A DNA stretch of 64,000 bases from a virus: IMG/VR virus record IMGVR_UViG_3300046534_001250, positions 18,034 through 82,033 of that record. One strand, 5' to 3'. The position numbers and the translations under genes were made by a program. The notes below the pieces were generated by a model. That model saw nothing but the letters and a program-made list of their open reading frames with translations, searched no databases and was not told the DNA's origin. Shown here piece by piece: positions 57,001 to 64,000 of this stretch; position 1 is the stretch's first letter; the number at the start of each line of letters is the position of its first letter.

Positions 57001-60000
57001 GCCTGCATCAACTCTGCGCCGAAACTCTGAACTGTTAGTTCTGCAGTATCGCCCTGCTTGTTCCACTGGACATCAACTACTCGACCGCTAATTAGAACTT
57101 CAAGTTCACTAGGGTCATTTGAATACCCGACTCTCAATTGGATATTTAAACCTGGACGAAGGACAACAGCCCCAAAAGGCTGGTCCTGATCACTACCAGT
57201 AAGGACTGGGTCATTACCTAACGTAGTTTCTACATCATCAGCTGCAGCATCAACTTCCCTGCTAAAGTAATCCAGGTCAGTAATAGCATTACGCTTAGTA
57301 CCGTCTAGCGTACCTCCGACATTCTGAATAGTAATGACAGCATGATCAGCTGCGCTCTTTCTGGAACGAACCACTGTAAAGCTAGTAACTCCATTGTAAC
57401 TATAGAAGTCATCGAAGTTTAATAAGCGGCTTTCAAACTCGTCTTCCTCTACAAAGTACAACTTAAACGTAGGATGTGCCCGACGCATCATCATTTTCTG
57501 GCTAATAATATCATTGGAACTTTGAAGCGCAAGCAACTCGATGTCTTTAGAACCAAACTTATGAGCAGGTGCAGCAGTGTTAAACATGCTAAAGCTGTCA
57601 TTGGCTGCTTGCGTTGCGAGACTCTTGTCTACTTCGTCTGTGACACCGAGGCGATGTCCAAACATAGGTGTAACACTTTCAACTTGTTCTTTAAGAGTCT
57701 GATATGCGTTACCAATAACTTTAGAGGGATACTGAATACCAGCGCCCTGTCCGTAAGGCCCCTCAAACAAACTCAATCGAGCATGCAGCGCGTTATTGCT
57801 AGCGATGCCAACCCTCTTTTCATCAGGCAAAACACTAAGGAAGTCATCAATATCTTTTTGGTCGTCATCATATGAATAATAAGGAGAGACCATAGCCGTC
57901 TGGTCAGAACCTTGATAGTTTCCATCGCTACCTTCAGCTCTCAGTCTAGTGAGCGGGCTGAAGTCAGCATCTATATTCGCGTCTTGGAGGGCGCTGTCCT
58001 TACCGGCACTATGCTTTTTACCTGTTTGCAACTCTTGTAAGCTGCCGTAGCAATCAGTTACTATCTGCTTGATAGCGTCTTTAAGACTATCACGAACAGA
58101 AAGATTTAGTGCACCACCATCCTGATACATGTTCCACATGTAGAAGTCTGGAGACACTGCGTATAGTGTTCCATAGTAAGGGTGATAAGGCAGGTCTAAA
58201 TCTGGATAAGCGGAACTGCCTCGCATGCTGGTATTAGCGTTAAGCGAAGAAAGCTCCTCACGATCAATAGCGCGAAGCATACTTTGTTCGTTAATAATGT
58301 CGTCAGCAATACGAGCAAGCAGCCCTTTAAGGTATTTCAGCTTACTTTGTTCGTGAGCTAGATCTGAAGTCCATATGAAGTGGCTTCCTGGGTTGCGTAA
58401 GCTTTCGATGTCACCGTAAAATGATTTTAACACAGAGCCAGTTTCTGGAAGAATAACCTGTTCATTCTCATCAAGACCAATCAGGGGCCCAACTAAAACG
58501 TTGTTGTCCTCATCAGTGAGTACGATTGTGTCAAAGCCAATATCACCATCTAGCCCCGACTCTTGCAGGGCGTGGCCATTAGCAGTATCACCAGCAAGAT
58601 CTTTGGAGACCCTAAACATAGGAGTAGCAGTGTACTCTCTAGTCTGCCAGTATCCAGACGAGATAGTAGCGGCAGTAATCTGCTGGTCTATTGTTGAAAA
58701 TATAGGGTGCTCATCTCTGTTCTCAAGGCTCCCAAGTATTGGACCTACAAGCCGCGCACCAATAGAACTCCGAATCCGTTGATCAGCCCTCATAACAGCT
58801 AGCGGCAACATGTCTACATACTGCGTACCAATCAGTTCATTGCCCTCTGTAATAAATCGTTCCAGCTTATCCCTGGACTTAATCGCTAAGTCATCGCCAC
58901 CACGGTCCGCCCTGGACTGCCCTCCAGTAAGCACATTGAGTTGATCAAATGGGGTAGCAACCAGTGCCTCAAATCCAATATCAGGAGCATCTATCAACCA
59001 TCTCCAAACAGTATTCGTACCAACAGTAAGGTAAGTAGTCCAAGAACCACGATGATGCCAACGGGCAACGTAGTCTTTAACATCATCTGCAATCAGGTGG
59101 TTGCTTTTCCACCCCAGCCAGTTGGGATTGGAGGTAAGCCTATCAACTGATTCGGCACGTAACATTCCTTGCCCTGGGATAACAGGGGCGGTTACTGCAG
59201 CGGTGTACTTAAGAAACTCTTGGGTAGCTCTCCACATGTGTGGTTCTGCGCCGAGATTATATAGCGCTTCGTCGACAACGCCCTCTGCTAAGGACCTGCC
59301 GCCAGTACGTCCACTGCCAACATACTCTACAGGCTCAGCCAAGGTGAGCTGAGCAGTCATTAAGATATCGTCAATCAGTTCTCTATAAACAAGCAGTTGC
59401 TCTAACGGGATCTCTGAAAGAAGGAGTAGGTCCTGCGAAGAAGTAAGAAACTCTGACAAATCGTAAGTACGAATCTGTTGTGTTACCTCCCTCTGGGTCC
59501 TTACCCCTTCGCGTAAACTTGAGGAGCTATAACTTGTCACCATTCGGCTGGTAGTACGATTTGTCATAGTCCCGTTAACATCGCCACCGAGTAAACCAGC
59601 GCTCTCAACTATTACATAGCCTTCTCCATCTTCGGGAAGATGGAATGGCAAGATACTTGTATCCAGGATTCCAGACTCAATCAGGTCTCGTAACGCACCA
59701 TCGGGATCAGGAAGAATCATGCGATTGTTATCAGGCCCAGTGATATACTGAGGGATTCTGCCAGAGAAACCAAGAACCCCGAGACTAGGGGAACTATACT
59801 CTCTTACTTCAAACTGTCCAAAGTCTGCGAGCCCAGGATTAGAGAGGTTTCCACCACTTCTTTGAGCTATCAATATCAGCCCAAGTAATGGCAAATAACG
59901 TTCAGCCAGCTCAAGGTTGTAAACGCCTTTAAGCGCCTGCTCTCTAGCAGTTTCGTTAGCCTCAAGTGATGGGCTATTTTGTGAGATAGCTTCTTCATCG

Positions 60001-62858
60001 TAAGGATTAGTTTCATTAAACTCATAGGTGTGAGTCGTCAACCCAGGAGAACCTTCTACGGTTTGTGAGACAGCGCGACTGATAAGCATACGACGCTTAA
60101 ACGCAATATCAGATATAACGGCGCCTTCTCCTCCAACAGCTTCTTCAACTAAAAAGTCTGTCTCAACGTAACTACCTAGTAACCGGGTAATGAAGGACTC
60201 CCCAAGAGCACACCAACTATCCCTAATGGGGCGGAACCTGCGACCATTATGCTGTAAGACACTACGCATACCTTCTATCATCTGGGCGCCCTGCGACATT
60301 CCACCAAGGTCACCCTGGTCATCAATCGAACAGAACTCAAAGCTATAGTATGGTTCAATACTTCCTAGGTGCTGCTGAGTAGGGAACTCTTGTCCGAGAA
60401 TAGGAATGTTTGCGACTATGTTACGTAGTCCGCCAGATACACCGGTGTTAACTACGTTATCGGTCTTAAAGTATTCAAGAGCCCCAGTCTTTCGTATCTC
60501 GTCCAGATTTCCACTTCGAGCATTAAGAGTCCAGTGCTTCCACCAGACATTAATAATATCTTCGTCAGCATCGTAGTAGAACCAATCATCTTCAAAAAGT
60601 CTAAAGACCAGTTCTTTAACAGCTTGTTTCTGATCCTCTGGAAAGTCCTCTAGATTATCTACCCGTTCTGTAACGTCAGATGCAGTAGGGAGCTGAGCAA
60701 CTCCACTATTAACACCACGCGTAGCATCAATAATATGCTCGCCATAAGGGGCGAGTAAAAACGAATTGATAGGGTCTACAGGAACGCGGTCATAGTATAG
60801 GGTTCCAGCCTGTTCGTTTCTAGCCATATGTATAAGCGTGTCGTCTGGCCATGGCGGCAACTGTACACCTTGCATATCTCTACGTTCCCAGTACTCAAAG
60901 TGCAAGTGAGGGCCAGTACTACCCGCATAGATAGCAGACCTTCTATTCGCAGACGTATTCCAAGGGAGCACTCCATTGATATTGCGTACGAAAATATCGC
61001 TCAGTTGTTCAAAGACCCAGTCCTCTTTAAAGGTACTGGTGGTTCCTACTGTTCCAAGCTTAAAGCCTAAGCGAACATCTTCCTCCGTAATGGGATGACC
61101 GCCTGCGAGCTTTGCTCGTGCCTCTGCGCTAATAGAGTCCAGATGCATGTAGAAGCCAATCGCACCATCAACATGATTGATGCGTACGCGCTGACCACCA
61201 GTTCGGAACTCACTCCAAAAGAAAACATTAGGATCGTCAACGTTCGGAATGATAGTGCCAACCGGGATCTTAGTCTCAACGCGAAGTCCAGAGACAACCA
61301 CATCAGGAAACCTATCCTCAATAGATCTGCGCCATTCATCCTGTAGGGCCGCTGCCTCTAAAGGGACCTTCTCTTTGGTAATAACGTTGCCAGCGTACCA
61401 AGTTTGACCACCGTTACGATGGTCTACGATACTACTAATAGTACCAGGTGCAACAGCAAAAACAGTTGACCCAGCTGGGGCTCCTATGTCGAGACCATAA
61501 TGCACACTAGGCTTTTTGTCAGGCAGAGCCCTCCACGTACTAGAATGCTTCTGTGCGCCATGACTAATATAAGTATCAATCAACTTACTGAATGGAATCG
61601 GCACCCCGTTTAAATCACCGATTGGAGTATGTTTGCCATGAGGTCTGCTCCAGCCTGAGCGACGTCTCATCCAGCCAGTTTGAACATCATTCTCAAACCA
61701 AGGTATGAAGTCTGCAGAGCCATATCCAGAAACATTAACCGCTGGTAAAGTCCTTTCTACGGAACGATCGTAGATAGTCTTAATGTGCTCTTGCCATTCT
61801 TGCGGGAACCGAATATCCTTGTAAGTAGCAAACGCAAAGCTAACGCCACCTTGGTAGCCAAGCATTTTGTTCAGCCACTTAGAAACAAGGCGACTATGCT
61901 CCTTGGTGGCAGGACGGCTAAGAGGCATAGTCAAAGGCTTACCGTCTGCAGGGTCTCGCTCTAACCCAAAGAATAGTCCTGAAATTCCTGCGGCAACTAA
62001 GTCTGCTTCTACATCAATATCAAAGTTCTTCTTGAGAGCATCTCTCTGTAAGTAATTGATATACCGTACATAGATACGAGATTGGATCGGTTCAAGCACG
62101 TAGGGCGATGGACTCATTCTATCTGGCAGAGGGAGCATATCGAACACATCGCCGTGATGCACTGCTATCATGTCGTCTAAAGTTCTGTTGGCGTTATTCA
62201 TATACTCTTCGCCAATCAGACTCCACTGCCTGTGGGTTCCAATCCCTCCAGCGTCTTGAACGTCAAGAGCAACATCAGAACGAGCAATGATGTTTGGTCG
62301 ATACTGCCGCTCAAACTTATCGTCAAGATCCCAGCCGATAGTCATCCGAACAGCAGGAGTATCAGTACGACCTTCTTCTCCCTGGAGCCATTCAGTAGCC
62401 CAGTCCTGACGGTATAGGAAGTTGTGGGTATAAGGACTGTAGTTGAACCACGTAAGTTGCAGTTGCATTACCCAAGAATCACTTGAGTTTGGTAGCGGCG
62501 AAACATTAACACTAGTCATAGTGAATGCCATGTTCTGGCCAAGAGACCATTCAGGAACAATGGATTCTCTTAGAAACCTATTCTCAATATAACAAAAAGG
62601 ACTATGACGAAACTCCACCAGTAAGCGGTGGAGGTCGAGCATCTGGTCGCCAGTGAAAATACTAACAAGCTGAATCGCAGTCTGACCATGCCCACTAGGA
62701 ATCTTAGTACTACTTTTTGAGCGCAAAGTCTTCCACTGGTAGATTAAGTCTTCCTTTTGAACATTGATATTAGAAGGCGGGATAATAAGGCTAATGTCGT
62801 TAATAACAAAAACATTACTGTCGTGCAATTCATAAGGGTCTGCACCTTGTCTAATCAT
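54039..62858 (-). CDS. Giant (2939 aa) baseplate hub protein with M23 peptidase domain and hydrophobic segments
   Basis: HYGLD..GTI, FYMHLD, STGPHLHFE (M23); hub-like LRPGLNIQLRVGY..ISGRV and GNPRIRPWD..VEQVVDSF. Confidence 0.75.
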   Translation of the reverse strand: MIRQGADPYELHDSNVFVINDISLIIPPSNINVQKEDLIYQWKTLRSKSSTKIPSGHGQTAIQLVSIFTGDQMLDLHRLLVEFRHSPFCYIENRFLRESIVPEWSLGQNMAFTMTSVNVSPLPNSSDSWVMQLQLTWFNYSPYTHNFLYRQDWATEWLQGEEGRTDTPAVRMTIGWDLDDKFERQYRPNIIARSDVALDVQDAGGIGTHRQWSLIGEEYMNNANRTLDDMIAVHHGDVFDMLPLPDRMSPSPYVLEPIQSRIYVRYINYLQRDALKKNFDIDVEADLVAAGISGLFFGLERDPADGKPLTMPLSRPATKEHSRLVSKWLNKMLGYQGGVSFAFATYKDIRFPQEWQEHIKTIYDRSVERTLPAVNVSGYGSADFIPWFENDVQTGWMRRRSGWSRPHGKHTPIGDLNGVPIPFSKLIDTYISHGAQKHSSTWRALPDKKPSVHYGLDIGAPAGSTVFAVAPGTISSIVDHRNGGQTWYAGNVITKEKVPLEAAALQDEWRRSIEDRFPDVVVSGLRVETKIPVGTIIPNVDDPNVFFWSEFRTGGQRVRINHVDGAIGFYMHLDSISAEARAKLAGGHPITEEDVRLGFKLGTVGTTSTFKEDWVFEQLSDIFVRNINGVLPWNTSANRRSAIYAGSTGPHLHFEYWERRDMQGVQLPPWPDDTLIHMARNEQAGTLYYDRVPVDPINSFLLAPYGEHIIDATRGVNSGVAQLPTASDVTERVDNLEDFPEDQKQAVKELVFRLFEDDWFYYDADEDIINVWWKHWTLNARSGNLDEIRKTGALEYFKTDNVVNTGVSGGLRNIVANIPILGQEFPTQQHLGSIEPYYSFEFCSIDDQGDLGGMSQGAQMIEGMRSVLQHNGRRFRPIRDSWCALGESFITRLLGSYVETDFLVEEAVGGEGAVISDIAFKRRMLISRAVSQTVEGSPGLTTHTYEFNETNPYDEEAISQNSPSLEANETAREQALKGVYNLELAERYLPLLGLILIAQRSGGNLSNPGLADFGQFEVREYSSPSLGVLGFSGRIPQYITGPDNNRMILPDPDGALRDLIESGILDTSILPFHLPEDGEGYVIVESAGLLGGDVNGTMTNRTTSRMVTSYSSSSLREGVRTQREVTQQIRTYDLSEFLTSSQDLLLLSEIPLEQLLVYRELIDDILMTAQLTLAEPVEYVGSGRTGGRSLAEGVVDEALYNLGAEPHMWRATQEFLKYTAAVTAPVIPGQGMLRAESVDRLTSNPNWLGWKSNHLIADDVKDYVARWHHRGSWTTYLTVGTNTVWRWLIDAPDIGFEALVATPFDQLNVLTGGQSRADRGGDDLAIKSRDKLERFITEGNELIGTQYVDMLPLAVMRADQRIRSSIGARLVGPILGSLENRDEHPIFSTIDQQITAATISSGYWQTREYTATPMFRVSKDLAGDTANGHALQESGLDGDIGFDTIVLTDEDNNVLVGPLIGLDENEQVILPETGSVLKSFYGDIESLRNPGSHFIWTSDLAHEQSKLKYLKGLLARIADDIINEQSMLRAIDREELSSLNANTSMRGSSAYPDLDLPYHPYYGTLYAVSPDFYMWNMYQDGGALNLSVRDSLKDAIKQIVTDCYGSLQELQTGKKHSAGKDSALQDANIDADFSPLTRLRAEGSDGNYQGSDQTAMVSPYYSYDDDQKDIDDFLSVLPDEKRVGIASNNALHARLSLFEGPYGQGAGIQYPSKVIGNAYQTLKEQVESVTPMFGHRLGVTDEVDKSLATQAANDSFSMFNTAAPAHKFGSKDIELLALQSSNDIISQKMMMRRAHPTFKLYFVEEDEFESRLLNFDDFYSYNGVTSFTVVRSRKSAADHAVITIQNVGGTLDGTKRNAITDLDYFSREVDAAADDVETTLGNDPVLTGSDQDQPFGAVVLRPGLNIQLRVGYSNDPSELEVLISGRVVDVQWNKQGDTAELTVQSFGAELMQAIKGTNASSTPATFATTHQLIGTMMLEPELAHFGRWEFGRLDQVGVGQDLTLDFYDYSKDGWMGKFRYSKGAMGWLLNHKLITLGLAMGGFALLSRFPGAGRLIGWIGKKGLLGGSIGGSLAARGVVGKLSHRAVRKALVKAGASEAAGVTALQSAAARTALRGTLEHTARTALEIGGKDFAKRLFRSEKAAALKLFKRGSASLDDAVNQMVSSHAAARARIDAGQWVLDGTFSQGIAANITGKPFKTLGMAFIKDFPKVVAAGAGAGLILDAFSTLIDPVLDKTAGRAHRYFRTVQSSIMLSPRDDNIFPPHPKDYMILDDGTWKQTYNDIIKNVVYVGASTAFLSKDFGLVAAKFLTEDLLEKKATPQSWEYNIVGSTIWDILHECSLRHPGWIYGSRPYGTDFRYTMFFGVPSQRYWARGADNQFVRRMNSLSAALEGEVNIAEYRKLYGDETPSGLSLTEVRDLITTDLMNTDSIDPVDAAAYFFDPDELARTGESPEAFDPSLGESSSFDAADELVQAALNQVMTGRAMDEYLRGLKLRFVPFRRYHTLTSSRDIVWNGLISSENAVYNAVDVTYFNEGSRNTDQPAEAVGSALFKAHWSTPDYKARVMPMPPYRNCRGYQMAMRYGMGQLLHNMREMYRGEIITLGNPRIRPWDICILQDSYNDMVGPVEVEQVVDSFSFETGYITEIKPSAVVIANEISSWPVLEAMKVASLAMTDIEESFVGLRTDDLGSTNNILSWMFGFANKQGSAADNADAQTAWQIAMSRRSAKLFGGDFSVSEDIFGGEPPNTEGIADAIDPVISPIVGAAKVAATLVAGTAVLATGAIAYKAGGWVLPGLGTPSVLLRAAGAIGAGGTVFAMGAGTIGALNQLDPPHLIWLLGGPLFMLNALRGDTVMVIPLMKNGHPIVSGINTHDPSSIWSNFKGNLGNWSDDLMTGSRDMLDLWRLYGINAWKRIPAENRLVNEGILSRRTWDEANGPRN

Positions 62859-64000
62859 TAGTACTCACCCATTAGTCTATCTACGTAAGAGCTAGTAATT
62901 GGCTTACGATGGTCATTAATCAAGATAGAACCACCGAAGTTTCCTGAGCCCATGCGGTTTAGATACGAAGTCATTTGGCCTAACCCACTCTCGCTGTGCA
63001 CCTCACCTCGTACCTGATACCCATTGGGAGCATTCATGTACGTAGTAGGCGTGTTGATTGGTGTGTTCATCATATCATAGTTACTTTGGCGATGTGACAT
63101 TTGGTCCCCTGAAGGACCAACCTGACTGTTGCTAAACAAGCTGCCCTGTGACACGGCCTGGTTTAAGCGACCGCTAGGCATTTCCCCGGCAGCAACAATA
63201 GGAGTAGGAGCATAGCCCTGGTCTCCCATAACACCGAAAGCAAGGGCACTACCGAGCAATCCAGCAGCTATTGGTGCTGCACCCTTCAAGTCCATACGGG
63301 CCATCGTATCTTTGATACGGCCCATAGAAAGACTGGCGCTACCAGCAGCATCTTGAATACGGTCAGCACGATACCCACGCATGGAACTACCAAGCATACT
63401 GTCGCCACCAACTAGGTTGCCAAGAACCTCCATTCCATTAAGTCCATTAAGCCCTCTCTCTAGCTGGCCAGCAGTCATGTCCGCGCCACCATACTTCTGA
63501 GCCATACCAGCAGCAGATTCAAGCACGTCTACAACACCGTCCAGCGTACTTCCAGAATGACTCATCCCTGCCGTAAGCTTAGAGACCACACCCTGAACCC
63601 GCTTACCGCCTTTCACTGTGATAGGCCCAGGAGCTGTCATGTCACCGGTATCATAACCAGTATCTAAGAAGATCTTCTCTTTCAAGAAACGACGCATAGA
63701 AGATCCATCACCCTTCATGAGGCTATCCGCAGCACCAGTAAGCTCTTCAGCCAAAGGCATATAGCGCTCATGCTTCTTAGCCTTTAAGAGTACTTGCTCA
63801 GTTAATGCACCAAGCATACCTCTAGCCTCAGCACCCTCTCGACCATCTGGACCGAAAGCTAAGACCGCATCCTGGAGCGGGCGCAAACCAACATCCAGCT
63901 TACCGGTACTCTGGTTCAATGCAATTTCCTTCATAGCATTTTCATATTCTGCGCCACCATCAACAACACCTGGCAGTGTGGCGTGGAAAGCTTTCATGCC
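62858..64000 (-). CDS. C-terminal part of a tape-measure-like protein (continues beyond the window)
   Basis: Ala/Gly/Met-rich helical sequence with hydrophobic segment IAAGLLGSALAFGV; upstream of the hub gene; frame open at the window edge. Confidence 0.5.
   Translation of the reverse strand, partial: GMKAFHATLPGVVDGGAEYENAMKEIALNQSTGKLDVGLRPLQDAVLAFGPDGREGAEARGMLGALTEQVLLKAKKHERYMPLAEELTGAADSLMKGDGSSMRRFLKEKIFLDTGYDTGDMTAPGPITVKGGKRVQGVVSKLTAGMSHSGSTLDGVVDVLESAAGMAQKYGGADMTAGQLERGLNGLNGMEVLGNLVGGDSMLGSSMRGYRADRIQDAAGSASLSMGRIKDTMARMDLKGAAPIAAGLLGSALAFGVMGDQGYAPTPIVAAGEMPSGRLNQAVSQGSLFSNSQVGPSGDQMSHRQSNYDMMNTPINTPTTYMNAPNGYQVRGEVHSESGLGQMTSYLNRMGSGNFGGSILINDHRKPITSSYVDRLMGEY

Noticed and set aside
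1227-62417. Numerous 60-165 aa ORFs nested in or antisense to long genes (e.g. 18259-18693, 39615-40031, 54508-55002, 56152-56610)
   Set aside because: They have no RBS or motifs and are shadows of well-supported genes on the other strand or frame.
1-64000. Stop-codon reassignment as the cause of the fragmented dnaE
   Set aside because: Other conserved genes are full length in the standard code and TAA, TAG and TGA all end genes. The dnaE breaks are explained by an intron and a fission.
1-64000. tRNA, rRNA, IS elements or a diversity-generating retroelement
   Set aside because: Intergenic gaps are too short and show no cloverleaf; no transposase, integrase or reverse transcriptase motifs were recognised by eye.

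Overview
This is a gene-dense 64-kb segment of a large, probably jumbo, dsDNA myovirus-like phage that reads cleanly in the standard genetic code. Bases 1-31551 are mostly a + strand replication and nucleotide-metabolism arm. It carries recA, rIIA/rIIB, a family-C DNA polymerase, a metallophosphoesterase, a Cas4-like nuclease, a primase-helicase, an ATP-dependent ligase, thyX, clpP, a resolvase, a sigma-like HTH protein and many small ORFs. Bases 31599-64000 are a translationally coupled - strand virion operon (tape-measure-like protein, 2939-aa hub/M23 protein, baseplate and fibre proteins) that ends in a GT9 glycosyltransferase and a HAD phosphatase. The most striking feature is dnaE, which is in three pieces. 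The second break (10849-11232) is a clear group I intron whose removal restores RRAMG|KKK. The first break is a true fission with no intron or intein. There, the palm segment is duplicated and reciprocally degenerated: one gene keeps the PHP domain and the dNTP-binding GS/Arg residues, while the other keeps the catalytic aspartates. An inverted four-gene patatin cassette lies between the two genes. Other points of interest are a shared promoter-like motif, a dispersed heptose-like glycosylation set, several apparent pseudo-enzymes (IMPDH-like, Cas4-like, ClpP) and small paralog families. All calls come from motif recognition by eye; no database searches were run.
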